Notes: generated by a model not told the origin, from the sequence alone. 64,000 nucleotides of DNA from Candidatus Peregrinibacteria bacterium (GCA_963708185.1 OY970195.1:1088001-1152000); one strand, 5' to 3'; counted from the stretch's first letter, positions 35,301-44,587 are shown. A program made the numbers and translations.

Positions 35301-36371
35301 GCCGACGACCTTGATCTCATAATCGGTATCGCCGATTTTGAGAGTGTTTTTCGCGCCTTCACGGATCTCGATCTTGAAGACCGGAAGTCCGTTTTTATAA
35401 TCAAAAATATCTTTATCTCCGGTACGGTAGAGAACGACCTTGCCGTCTTCAATCTGGATGGAAGCGACCGGGCTCGTCGGCTGGCCGTGTTCGGTCTGTT
35501 CATCGTAGATAAGGAGGGGTTTCCCGGGCGTGACGACGGGAGACTGTTGTCCGCCGTCCTTCATGGTCGTTATTTCATGCACCTGTTGATCCGGCCCTTG
35601 TCCGATAAAGGTTACCGCCAACTGTACCGACGTGATTCTTACTTTCTCCGGCTGCGCCGGTTTTTCTTTTGAAGGTTCATGTGAGGTTTCGGCCGGAGCT
35701 TCAGCGGTGGCGCTGCGTTCCGTCGCGGGGGGTACCGGGGTCGGTTTCTTTTTCCCTTCGTTCCAAAGTTCAGTAAATTCGCCTTTTGCTTCAGTTTCTT
35801 TGACGACGATTTCACGTTTCGTTTCCGGGTTCAGAAAATCTTTTCCCACGGTGATAACCAACCCGCGGGCTTCGCTGGAAATAGCGGTACTCATGAGCTT
35901 CTGTACGGCTTTATCCTTGTCTTCACCGAATACTTTTTCGTCGATGAGAGTACGGACGGCGGTTTTCGGTTCGAGATTTTTCTGAAATTTGTTGAATTGA
36001 AGACCGAAATAAAGCCATGATTGCAGTCCGGTCAGAAGGTGCTCTTCCGTCAATGAAATTTCATCTTCGCTGATTTTTCCGGCAAGAACCCTGTTGAGGA
36101 GGATTTCGGTCAATTGTGCAAATTTCTGACCCGCACCGGCACAGGATTTGATTTTTTCGACAATCTGGGCGGCATCAAGATCGCCGCCCGGGATGGAGGC
36201 ATTCGATCCGATGTTGCCGATGGCCTTTGTCCAAAGCAGCAGTTTCTTTACTATGGGCTGCTGGAACATTTCCGGAGTCATGTCCTTTAAAGGAAATCCT
36301 TCCTGGAGTGCCGCTCGTTGTTCGAGTTCTTTCAGGGTAAAGACCGACGTCACCTGTTCGGAAGAGTCCAT
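32325..36371 (-). CDS. Large orphan protein (>=1348 aa) with degenerate FHA-like domains and helical C-terminal region; true start probably 36516 via a frameshift
   Basis: VVKIGTDPSNDIVLP and PLKDGDDIQIG resemble FHA strands; long ORF. Confidence 0.75.
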   Translation of the reverse strand: MDSSEQVTSVFTLKELEQRAALQEGFPLKDMTPEMFQQPIVKKLLLWTKAIGNIGSNASIPGGDLDAAQIVEKIKSCAGAGQKFAQLTEILLNRVLAGKISEDEISLTEEHLLTGLQSWLYFGLQFNKFQKNLEPKTAVRTLIDEKVFGEDKDKAVQKLMSTAISSEARGLVITVGKDFLNPETKREIVVKETEAKGEFTELWNEGKKKPTPVPPATERSATAEAPAETSHEPSKEKPAQPEKVRITSVQLAVTFIGQGPDQQVHEITTMKDGGQQSPVVTPGKPLLIYDEQTEHGQPTSPVASIQIEDGKVVLYRTGDKDIFDYKNGLPVFKIEIREGAKNTLKIGDTDYEIKVVGIGRETVQSRDSHPTIETRESMIHTFPAVLCVDADGQIISAYPCFGEKDRVVKIGTDPSNDIVLPQGKSYQKFNAEFLFLPGKKIFIRAGKEAALKFQNRPSGFVTSQAVKFDENEDVIAMGMNGDTLLFVARNDHPLSDADIRAFFQGKISRFAASLKEKSYDLPSITRLESEIIELNKTIEGFEDSIDLTATALAANQLIEEVTAATEAVAEEKRKEYEAKMAKRRHFNEGAGETAETPRPYKYPALVDKIEKDKSGKRILHLIFPPGLSMGKDKVNMLEAHAPQNERLSKYGVQDFECSFVLEDASNVRLVIEPRVLKNSAIKINEQIPGTRDGKTHELDMLRAPLKDGDDIQIGLDRYAFEPDHEFTKEALKPYVAAYLKEIMEVLVLYPDHGDKGDRKHAQESLAHFKDKRLVSEQQIKEVQAIFEKEKLAREVTSMTGAVIDQIREVDEELVIYTTSDQHLAGFPYDAELFNAGLALANEPEVRWEETGWTRDTYLQELSRSAIIRVHAYDKKLFDLRQKLLQPNYSQRFKTVFSNQAEEEYKNEQESLQRSFRKVLVEIVSLLKPELAEKDFHPGWLGTRLTTEQYPAVEEISAAQNIVASIEKGVGINAAEVRNLVDASQQKTCAEFLSFRNPEEQIAKVAMADYVLAKMKERAKAMFEQAGHGENISATLDQLEEFIAHGLVNHADIGSSPELFADLRTNEDYLNQVKAGKQALKVLMSSSETNIEDILEFSKRWLNEEFDLEDEDEENFKEYCREGLASAMNEARTGTMTSYIAILAKTAVRLKIVKPTDVAATPEELEKLHETAERTREMAEMRQMIEDVKTSNVYNLHPLLKLKKYLESRNQLSPADQNVTDLSPNILSKLVEDRLGMMFEQARGGEDPGLLQMVVEDMQQYGFANEIKKCVADMLADAIDAVYEETRTVEEVRPFIMALHLIGLWESMEEVREDVVNEHLTKSFDDPGMEVGKRVEKLGENLRLLGLYD

Positions 36372-36546
36372 TCGGTCACGTGTTTGCTGGTCTTGCGGAG
36401 CCCCCTCCTATGCCTCGCTGCGTGGCGGGTTTCTTTTCATAGGTTTGACTTTGCTCGTCGGGAATATTTCCGTTGTCCGGTCCCTGATCCTTTTTATCGC
36501 CGTTTTCTGGAGCCATAATTCACCCAAGTTAAATCATTGGTTCGTT

Positions 36547-36574
36547 AGTTTACCATTAAACGTTTATTTGTCAA
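36547..36574 (-). promoter_or_regulatory. Sigma70-like promoter
   Basis: TTGACA-N16-TAAACT with extended -10 TG. Confidence 0.6.
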
Positions 36575-36656
36575 TCTTTTTCTTGCACATTCACAAAACT
36601 GCCTTCCCGCTTGGGTAAAGGCAGCCTTCGTGAGATTATTACAGTTTGTGCAGCGG

Positions 36657-38666
36657 CTACTGCTCGATGATGATGGGCAGGACCAATGGATGGCGCTCGA
36701 TCTTCTGATGAACGAGCTTGTCCACGGTCTCTTTGATGTATTTCTTGATATCGCCGCGTTTGGTTTCCGGACCGCGTTTGTCGATGATTTTATTGTATGA
36801 AGTCCTGGCAAGTTCGCTGATTGATTTCACGAGTTCTTCCGATTCCTTCATGTAGATGAATCCGCGGGAAATAACGTCCACGTCCTTCCTGATCTTGCGT
36901 GTTTTTTCGTCAACGCTCACGACGAGGATGAGCACCCCGTTTTCAGCGAGGGTCTGGCGGTCCATCATGACCTGGGCGCCGATGTCTCCCACGCCGAGAC
37001 CGTCGACGAGGATGTATTTGGTTTCAACGGACTCGCCGGTTGCTTTGGCTTCGCCGTTTTCCACGAGAATTACTCCGCCGTTTTCCACGAGAATGGCGTT
37101 TTTTTCCGGGTAGCCGAGTGACATGGCGATCTCCTTGAGGCCGTGCCGCATGAAGTATTCACCGTGAATCGGCACGACGCTTTTGGGCCGTACCAGGTTG
37201 ATGGCGAGTTTGAGATCTTCCTGCTGGGCATGCCCGGAGGTATGCACGTCCATGATCTGGTTGTTGATGATGTGAGCTCCGAGTTTGCAGAGATTGTTCG
37301 TCACCGAGGTGATGGCACGTTCGTTTCCGGGAATCGGAGAAGAGGAGAGTACGATGGTATCTCCTTTTCTTACCTTGATGTTGGGGTGATCCTCAAGCGC
37401 GATGCGGGTAAGCGCCGATGTGGCTTCTCCCTGGCTTCCGGTCGTGAGAACGACCACTTTGTTTTCAGGCATTTTGCCCATTTTACGAATGTCCTGGAAG
37501 AGGCCGTTGGGGTATTTGAGGTAGCCGAGCTTGTTGGCGATAAAAATGTTATCGCTCAAACTGCGGCCGCTCGTGAAAACGGTGCGGCCGTATTTGTGGG
37601 CATAATTGGCGATCTGTTGGATGCGGCCGATCTGGCTTGAGAAGGATGCGATCACGACTCTTCCGTCGGTATTCTTGATGACGTTTTCCAATGAGGCGCC
37701 GACCTTTTTTTCCGAAACGGTGTAGCCCGGTTTAAGGGCGTTCGTCGAGTCCACGAAAAAAGCGGCGATGTCCTGATTGGCCAATCCGGCCAAACGGGCG
37801 AAGTCAGGCGGAGACTGGTCTCCCGAAGGCGTGAAGTCGAATTTGAAATCGCCGGTATGGGCGATATTGCCCGCCGGAGTCTTGACCACGATACCCACGG
37901 CGTCGGGGATGCTGTGATTGACGTGAAAGAAGCTCACGTTGAACTGTCCGACCTGGATAACGTCGTTCCTGGTGATGGTACGCAGGCTGGACTGCTTGAG
38001 CTGGCCGAACTCTTCGAGGCGTTTTTCGATGAGGCCGTTGGTGAGTTTCGTCCCATAAATGGGAGGAAACTTGAGTTTCGGCAGCACGTAGGGCAATCCG
38101 CCGATGTGGTCGAGATGGCCGTGCGTAATGAAGATTCCCTTCACGCGGTCGATCTTGTCATCGAGATAACTGAGATCGGGGATGACGTAATCCACTCCGA
38201 GCATGTCCTCTTCCGGGAACTGGAACCCGAGGTCGATAATAATGATGTCCCGGTCGTATTCGAGAATCATGCAGTTTTTACCCACTTCATCGAGGCCGCC
38301 CACCGGAATGATGCGCAGCTTTCCTCGATAGTTGCCGTGGCGCTGGGCAAAAGGAGCCGGGGAGGCGTGTTTCCCGGCGGCCGGCGTCCCACCGAAAAGT
38401 CCGAAGAATTTCTTCTTCGGCTGTATGGGATGCCCGCCCTTGTGCGGCGGCTTACGGCCGTGTGGCGGCCGATGTTTTGGATGTTTTTGACCCGGGTGCG
38501 CGGAATGCGCGGCGGCGGGTTTGTGATGATGCTCAGGTTTATGTTCTTTCTTGTGCTCTTGAGCGGGAGCGGGATGCGCTTTATGCGTATCCATATGGAG
38601 ATTCTGCTCGATCCATTGATCCAGCTTGTCCCCACCAGGGGTTTGCCCTTGTTGTTCGTCGTTCAT
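36657..38666 (-). CDS. rnj: Ribonuclease J with long His/Lys/Pro-rich N-terminal extension
   Basis: GGLDEVGKN, THGHLDHIGG, NHSIPD, HTGDFKFD, TGSQGE, HTSGHA, PIHGEY. Confidence 0.97.
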   Translation of the reverse strand: MNDEQQGQTPGGDKLDQWIEQNLHMDTHKAHPAPAQEHKKEHKPEHHHKPAAAHSAHPGQKHPKHRPPHGRKPPHKGGHPIQPKKKFFGLFGGTPAAGKHASPAPFAQRHGNYRGKLRIIPVGGLDEVGKNCMILEYDRDIIIIDLGFQFPEEDMLGVDYVIPDLSYLDDKIDRVKGIFITHGHLDHIGGLPYVLPKLKFPPIYGTKLTNGLIEKRLEEFGQLKQSSLRTITRNDVIQVGQFNVSFFHVNHSIPDAVGIVVKTPAGNIAHTGDFKFDFTPSGDQSPPDFARLAGLANQDIAAFFVDSTNALKPGYTVSEKKVGASLENVIKNTDGRVVIASFSSQIGRIQQIANYAHKYGRTVFTSGRSLSDNIFIANKLGYLKYPNGLFQDIRKMGKMPENKVVVLTTGSQGEATSALTRIALEDHPNIKVRKGDTIVLSSSPIPGNERAITSVTNNLCKLGAHIINNQIMDVHTSGHAQQEDLKLAINLVRPKSVVPIHGEYFMRHGLKEIAMSLGYPEKNAILVENGGVILVENGEAKATGESVETKYILVDGLGVGDIGAQVMMDRQTLAENGVLILVVSVDEKTRKIRKDVDVISRGFIYMKESEELVKSISELARTSYNKIIDKRGPETKRGDIKKYIKETVDKLVHQKIERHPLVLPIIIEQ

Positions 38667-38847
38667 TTAACGAAATTTTTTATGGAATATTGTTTATTAT
38701 TCACTCGCAGGACGCCACCTTGCGAATGTTTAATGATCAGATCAGTATAGCACACTTTCACTATCTTTAGAAGTCTGGCTCCTCTTTGACTCTTTGCAAT
38801 TCATTGGCCCGGAGTATATCATTTCCTGGCTTTCACAGCAAAAGATT

Positions 38848-40308
38848 ATGGATAAAAAAGCGAAAATCGGGGTTTTGGGAGCGGGAGTCGAAGGGCTTGA
38901 AACCGTGAAATACCTGGTCAGACACGGGTACGAAAACGTCACGCTGTTCGACCGCAATGAAAACCTGGACGTTGATCTGTCCGCGGATTTTTTCCGACCC
39001 CTGGCGGAACTTGAAAGTACGCCCGATCCTGGAAAGCCGCTTGTGCAAAAAGTTTTCGGAACGGACTATCTTCAACGTGCCGAAGGTTGCGAGATTGTTT
39101 TCCGCAGTCCGGGTATTCCATTGAAAAACCTTGACGGGTTGCGTGTGAAAGGTGTTGTTGTGACGAGCTCGACACGGTATTTTTTCGAACAGTGTCCGTG
39201 TCCGATCATCGGCGTGACCGGAACGAAAGGCAAAGGAACGACCTCCACGCTCATTCACCTGATGCTCAAAGAGACGGGGCGCGATGTGCACTTGGGAGGG
39301 AACATCGGCGAACCTCCGTTGAAATTTCTGGATAAACTGAAGGCCGATTCTCTGGTTGTGTTGGAACTTTCCAGTTTCCAACTCCAGGATATGGACCGCA
39401 GTCCGCACGTGGCCGTATTGCTCGGCGTGACGACCGACCATCTGGATTATCACAACGACATGGACGAATACTGGGAGGCCAAGGCCGCGATCGTGAAACA
39501 TCAGAAACCTGATGATATTGCGGTGCTGAACCACGACTACGAATCTTCCGAATACTATGAAAAGCAGACGCCGGCGAAGAAAATTTTTGTGAGCACGCAG
39601 ACGGGCGAAGGCAACGGTGTGCATCTTTCCGGGCCGATGATCGTGAACTGCGCGGGCGTGAAGTGCGAGCTGATTATGAACTCTTCCAAAGTCGCACTGA
39701 TCGGTAAACACAACTTCGAAAATATTTTACCGGCCGTGGCGGTGGCCAGGTACTACGATGTGAAGGTTCCTGAGATCCAAAAAGTTTTGACGACGTTCAA
39801 AGGGCTGCCGCACCGCCTTGAGGAGGTCGCCACGGTGAACGACGTCCGCTACTTTGACGATTCGATCTCCACGACGCCCGAAACGTCCATCGCGGCGGTG
39901 CGGGCTTTCGATCAGCCGGTGATCTTGATTGCCGGCGGAAGCGAGAAAGGAGCCGACTATACGGACTGGGGAATTGCCCTCCAGCAAGCTCCGAACTTAA
40001 AATGTGTGATTTTGTGCGGCAAAGGGCCGGGCGCGATCGCGGACCGCATGGAGAAAGCGTTGCGGAGTGCTGAAACGACCTTGAATTCGAGAGGAATCGG
40101 GGTCGGCGGCGAACATGGTGAACGCCACTACCCTCTGGAAATTGTCCATTGCGACACTTTTGAAAAAGCTGTGAAGAAGGCCCGCGAAAAGGCCGCGCCC
40201 GGGGACGTTGTCGTGCTCTCACCGGCGGCCGCGAGTTTTGACCAGTTTAAAAACTACAAAGAACGCGGTGACCGGTTCAAAGAACTCGTGAAAGGTTTTT
40301 CTGCTTAG
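38848..40308 (+). CDS. murD: UDP-N-acetylmuramoyl-L-alanine--D-glutamate ligase
   Basis: RSPGI, GVTGTKGKGTT, GGNIG, ELSSFQL, DHLDYH, GLPHRLE, SPAAASFDQFKNYKERG. Confidence 0.97.
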   Translation: MDKKAKIGVLGAGVEGLETVKYLVRHGYENVTLFDRNENLDVDLSADFFRPLAELESTPDPGKPLVQKVFGTDYLQRAEGCEIVFRSPGIPLKNLDGLRVKGVVVTSSTRYFFEQCPCPIIGVTGTKGKGTTSTLIHLMLKETGRDVHLGGNIGEPPLKFLDKLKADSLVVLELSSFQLQDMDRSPHVAVLLGVTTDHLDYHNDMDEYWEAKAAIVKHQKPDDIAVLNHDYESSEYYEKQTPAKKIFVSTQTGEGNGVHLSGPMIVNCAGVKCELIMNSSKVALIGKHNFENILPAVAVARYYDVKVPEIQKVLTTFKGLPHRLEEVATVNDVRYFDDSISTTPETSIAAVRAFDQPVILIAGGSEKGADYTDWGIALQQAPNLKCVILCGKGPGAIADRMEKALRSAETTLNSRGIGVGGEHGERHYPLEIVHCDTFEKAVKKAREKAAPGDVVVLSPAAASFDQFKNYKERGDRFKELVKGFSA

Positions 40309-40348
40309 GATAAGCGGAGTGTTGAGCTTTTTTCTTATGAAAGCCTGT

Positions 40349-40376
40349 TTGCTTGTGTGTAAAAATATGTTATAAT
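40349..40376 (+). promoter_or_regulatory. Sigma70-like promoter
   Basis: TTGCTT-N16-TATAAT with extended -10 TG. Confidence 0.65.
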
Positions 40377-40404
40377 AATCTTTCAACGTATTTTTACCTT
40401 TTTT

Positions 40405-41157
40405 ATGGCTCGAGAAAATCCCGATAACGATCTTCAGCTCTCAACGTATTTGAACTGCGATCCGAAACTGATCAAGGAACTAAAAAACGAACTTGAACCT
40501 TACGGGCTGACTCATGAACGTTTTGATTTGATCGATCTTTTGCACTCCGCGTTGGAATATAAAAAATCCGGAAAAGTTAAAAAACATCTGGAGGCGCTTG
40601 TGGATACGCTCATGAACATTCTCAAGCAAGGTGAAGTTCCAGAGGAAACACCCAAACAGCCGAACTCGATCGTCATTGAACAGCACGACGTTGCCGACCA
40701 GGTTCGCGCAGCCACCGTGGACGTGGTTGAGCTGAATTTTGAAGGGTCGGCCCTTGATACCGCCGACATGATTGAAACAATTGAAACGCTTTTGGGGAAA
40801 TACGGTCTTCAACGAGACGAGCTTTTGTTCGCCGTGTGTGGTGACAGCGAACTCGATGATCTTCTTCGTACGGGAATCGTTTCCTCAATGGAAGTGATGA
40901 AAAAAATCGCTCAAAAAGAAAAGGATATTCCTTCCGACGCAAGAAAGCTCATGGAGCTATCGCTCATCCTCAATGATTTCAACGATGAATTCAGCGAAAA
41001 AAATTTTTCCGATGCAACCTACAAATACGAAGAGCCTGTTTTGGCTTTTTTTCAGAAAGACCAGTTTGACAGTTACGGTACAAATTATTACATGAAGAAG
41101 AATCGTGCTGCCAACCCGCGCAAGACGTTGAGGCTCGTGGTGAAACTGAAATTCTAA
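40405..41157 (+). CDS. Hypothetical protein (250 aa)
   Basis: ATG ORF downstream of a promoter; no recognised motif. Confidence 0.75.
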   Translation: MARENPDNDLQLSTYLNCDPKLIKELKNELEPYGLTHERFDLIDLLHSALEYKKSGKVKKHLEALVDTLMNILKQGEVPEETPKQPNSIVIEQHDVADQVRAATVDVVELNFEGSALDTADMIETIETLLGKYGLQRDELLFAVCGDSELDDLLRTGIVSSMEVMKKIAQKEKDIPSDARKLMELSLILNDFNDEFSEKNFSDATYKYEEPVLAFFQKDQFDSYGTNYYMKKNRAANPRKTLRLVVKLKF

Positions 41158-41173
41158 CCCCGTTCAGTGAAGA

Positions 41174-42745
41174 TTACTGCTCCAGGCCGTCGAGATCGGG
41201 CATTTTTTTCTGTTCCCCTGCGGGGAGCGGTTTCGGTTTGCGGATGAGGGCGAGCATGTCCGGCGTGATGGCTTTGGTGAGGAGCAGCAGTGCCCCGTAA
41301 ATGACCGCTCCCAAAGGAATCAGCACAAAGACGCTTTTGTTCTGGATGTATTGCTGAAAAAAAGGTTCCATCCAGCGGATGGCCAAAGCCATGACGACGG
41401 CTGCAAAAAGCGCCTTTAAACTGTTTTTGAGTTTGATGGTGAACTTGAGATAGTGGCGTGCAATCAGATACGAAGCGATTGCCACATAACATTCCGTGAT
41501 GACGTTATCAAATGCCGCGGCGCGGACACCGAAATGCGGGATGAGCGTGAAGTCGAGGATGACGGTGAGACACGCGCCGATGGCGTTGCGGGTCAGAATT
41601 TTCATCTGACGGTTGTCGGCGACAAGGATGAATCCGAAGAGGCTGTTGATGAAGGAAAAGGCCAACGCGAAAATGAGAATGGGCAGCACCGCGTCGGATC
41701 CGTAAAAGCCGGTGGCGGGGTTGCTCAAGAAGTCAGGGCTGCTGATGAGATAAATGATGGGGTAGGACAGCGCGAAGGTCCCGGCGACGATGGGCATGCT
41801 GCCCATCACGAGGAAATCGAAGGCGTACTGGATGATCTTCTGGTGACTGCCGTCTTTGCGGGCGATGGCACGGGTGAGCACCGGCAAAACGGCGTTCATG
41901 AAGTAGAGCGGAACCACGCCGACGGCTTCAAGCATGCGCATCGGTACCCCGTAAACGCCAACTTCCGCCTTGGTGCGAAGGATGGAAAGCGAGAAAGATC
42001 CGATGCGGAAATAGATGGTGTTCAAGATAAGCGCCACGCCGTATGGAAGCGCTTTGACGATGACGTCCTTCAAGAAAGCCTTGTCGAAACGGAAATGGAT
42101 CGGACTGAACTTTCTGGCATAAAAAAGCGTCACGAAGAACATGGCGGCGTTCCCCACGATGCCCGCGAAGACGATGTGGTAGAAACCCACGTCGATGTTC
42201 GCCGGATGCAAAAAGTAGATGACGAAAACGATGTAGCCCAGGTTGATGAACTTGCCGATGACCGAGGCGAGCGAGTTGTATTCCATCTTCAGATACACCT
42301 GCAAGACCGCCGATACGATACTTGTGAGAAGATTGAAAAATGCCGCGGCGCTGGCGAGCCAGACCGCCAGCGGGATGTGCGAGTTCTGATATTGAGGGAT
42401 GAACTGGGCGACCATGCCGGCCACGCAGATGATGAAAATGGAAAAAGCCGTACGAACCGTCAGGATGTTGCCCATGATCATGGGGATTTTTTCGTTGTCC
42501 TTGGCCATTTCGCGGATACCGATGGTGTAGAGGCCGAGGTCTGAGATGATGGTGAAAAGCGCAAGATAATCAAAAGCCGCCGTGTACTCTCCGTATCCGG
42601 TGGTGTTGAGATAGTTCGTGATGAGTTTGATGATGACCACCCCGAGGATGGCGATCACCGCTTTGCCGATGATCTGCGCGACGGTGTTCCAGAGAATTTT
42701 TCGGGCGGTCGATGAGCCTCCTGAAGCGGCGTTTGCTGCGGTCAT
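41174..42745 (-). CDS. Oligosaccharide flippase (Wzx/MOP family)
   Basis: KILWNT, YGEY, DLGLYTIGIRE, EVGVYG; about 12-14 TM helices. Confidence 0.92.
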   Translation of the reverse strand: MTAANAASGGSSTARKILWNTVAQIIGKAVIAILGVVIIKLITNYLNTTGYGEYTAAFDYLALFTIISDLGLYTIGIREMAKDNEKIPMIMGNILTVRTAFSIFIICVAGMVAQFIPQYQNSHIPLAVWLASAAAFFNLLTSIVSAVLQVYLKMEYNSLASVIGKFINLGYIVFVIYFLHPANIDVGFYHIVFAGIVGNAAMFFVTLFYARKFSPIHFRFDKAFLKDVIVKALPYGVALILNTIYFRIGSFSLSILRTKAEVGVYGVPMRMLEAVGVVPLYFMNAVLPVLTRAIARKDGSHQKIIQYAFDFLVMGSMPIVAGTFALSYPIIYLISSPDFLSNPATGFYGSDAVLPILIFALAFSFINSLFGFILVADNRQMKILTRNAIGACLTVILDFTLIPHFGVRAAAFDNVITECYVAIASYLIARHYLKFTIKLKNSLKALFAAVVMALAIRWMEPFFQQYIQNKSVFVLIPLGAVIYGALLLLTKAITPDMLALIRKPKPLPAGEQKKMPDLDGLEQ

Positions 42746-42836
42746 AATTTGGTCAATAAAGCTTGAACAGAGTAGCCGAAATCCTTTCAAAATACCAGGC
42801 ATTATGGCTACAGGCCGCTCATGCTATAATCTCCTC

Positions 42837-43931
42837 ATGCACGAATACAAGCAAAAGCTGGAAACGATCAAAAGCGAGGTCGATCACGCCGTCAAAAAAG
42901 TAAATGTTCCGTCGCTCGAGGGAAAGATCAAGCTGCTGACCGAAGCCACGCAAAAGCCGGACTTCTGGCAGCACCAGGAAGAGGCGCAGCGCATCACCAA
43001 AGAGATCAACGGCCTGCAGAAAGAGGTCGATTCCTGGAAAAAAATCCAGGGCGACTGCAGTGAACTGAGCGGTCTTCTGCCTTCGATCAAGCCGGAAGAC
43101 GACCCGGAATCCGCGGAAGAGTTCAAGAAAATGGTGGACGATCTTGAAGCGCAATGGCACAAACTTGAAATCAAAACGTTTCTCAACGGCAAGTATGACA
43201 CCTGTAACGTCATCTTGAGCATCCATGCCGGCACCGGCGGGAAAGACGCCCAGGACTGGGCCGAAATGCTGCTGCGTATGTACGTCCGCTATGCAGAACG
43301 CGAGGGTTTCGACGTCCAGATGTTCGACAAATCTTTGGGAGAAGAAGTGGGCATCAAAAGCGCCACGGTTTTCATCAAAGGCCATCTCGCGTACGGTTAC
43401 TTGAAGCGGGAGCGCGGCGTGCACCGGCTGGTTCGCCAGTCTCCTTTCAACGCCAAGCACAGCCGTGAAACGTCGTTCGCTTTCGTGGACGTCCTGCCCG
43501 AAATTCCAGAAGAGGAAGCTCCGGAAATCCGCAAAGATGATTTACGAATCGATACGTTCCGCTCCGGCGGCGCGGGCGGTCAGAACGTCAACAAAACGTC
43601 TTCGGCGGTGCGCATCACCCATATTCCCACGGGGATCGTGGTGGTATGCCAGGACGAACGCAGTCAGTTGCAAAACAAGGAACGTGCCATGAAAATCCTT
43701 CACGCCAAACTCGTGGACTTAATGGAAAAACAGAAGGTCACGGAACTCAACGAACTGAAGGGGGAACGCGTGGAAATCGCCTGGGGAAACCAGATCCGGT
43801 CCTATGTTCTGCATCCCTACACCATGGTCAAAGATCACCGCAACGGCCATGAGGAACACAACGCAGAAGCCGTCCTGGACGGTGATCTCGACGGGTTTAT
43901 CGAGGCGGAACTTAAAGGCGTGCGGGAGTAA
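42837..43931 (+). CDS. prfB: Peptide chain release factor 2 (continuous ORF)
   Basis: HAGTGG, DWAEML, GVHRLVRQSPF (SPF motif), GAGGQNVNKT, WGNQIRSYV. Confidence 0.97.
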   Translation: MHEYKQKLETIKSEVDHAVKKVNVPSLEGKIKLLTEATQKPDFWQHQEEAQRITKEINGLQKEVDSWKKIQGDCSELSGLLPSIKPEDDPESAEEFKKMVDDLEAQWHKLEIKTFLNGKYDTCNVILSIHAGTGGKDAQDWAEMLLRMYVRYAEREGFDVQMFDKSLGEEVGIKSATVFIKGHLAYGYLKRERGVHRLVRQSPFNAKHSRETSFAFVDVLPEIPEEEAPEIRKDDLRIDTFRSGGAGGQNVNKTSSAVRITHIPTGIVVVCQDERSQLQNKERAMKILHAKLVDLMEKQKVTELNELKGERVEIAWGNQIRSYVLHPYTMVKDHRNGHEEHNAEAVLDGDLDGFIEAELKGVRE

Positions 43932-43934
43932 TAT

Positions 43935-44047
43935 GCAGCGATTGAGTACTTCGCGAAAAGACGCGGTTATTTCGTTTGCCGGCGAAATGCCGCTCTCGCT
44001 CGGCCTTGGCCTCCGCGGCGCTTTTCTTGCAAGTACTCAATCGTTGC
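43935..44047. repeat. 113-bp inverted-repeat element with internal hairpins (MITE/REP-like or structured RNA)
   Basis: GCAGCGATTGAGTACTT...AAGTACTCAATCGTTGC ends, GAAAAG/CTTTTC inner stem, two internal hairpins. Confidence 0.75.
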
Positions 44048-44080
44048 CTTTATACTTCCTTTGAATTTATTTTTGTTCTT

Positions 44081-44587
44081 ATGGGACTCTTAAGGATGGA
44101 ACACGGCAAGGATAATCTTATTTTGCGGACGGTTTCCAAGCCCGTCTCAAAGTTCGACCGGAAACTTTCAAAATTCATCGAAGACATGAAAGTGACGATG
44201 GACCATGAAAAGGGCGTGGGATTGGCGGCACCGCAGGTCGGCGTGAACGATCGTGTGGTTATCTGTAAATTCAACCATGACACGCCTCACGAGATGATCG
44301 TCGGCATGGTCAATCCCGTCATCACCAAAAAAGCGGAGGAGATGATTCTGGGCGAAGAAGGGTGCCTGAGCCTCCCGGGGAAATATGACTCCATCGCACG
44401 CCACGCAGCGCTGACGGTGAAATACCAGGACGCGAAAGGACGCGAGAACGTCTTGAAACTCAGCGGCTTCAACGCGCGCATCGTCCAGCACGAAGTCGAT
44501 CATATTGACGCGAAACTCTACATCGATCACCTTCTGGACGAAGCGACGATTGCCCTGAAAAAGGAGGAAGAAAAACGCCAAAAATAA
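44081..44587 (+). CDS. def: Peptide deformylase
   Basis: GVGLAAPQVG, EGCLS, QHEVDH. Confidence 0.97.
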   Translation: MGLLRMEHGKDNLILRTVSKPVSKFDRKLSKFIEDMKVTMDHEKGVGLAAPQVGVNDRVVICKFNHDTPHEMIVGMVNPVITKKAEEMILGEEGCLSLPGKYDSIARHAALTVKYQDAKGRENVLKLSGFNARIVQHEVDHIDAKLYIDHLLDEATIALKKEEEKRQK

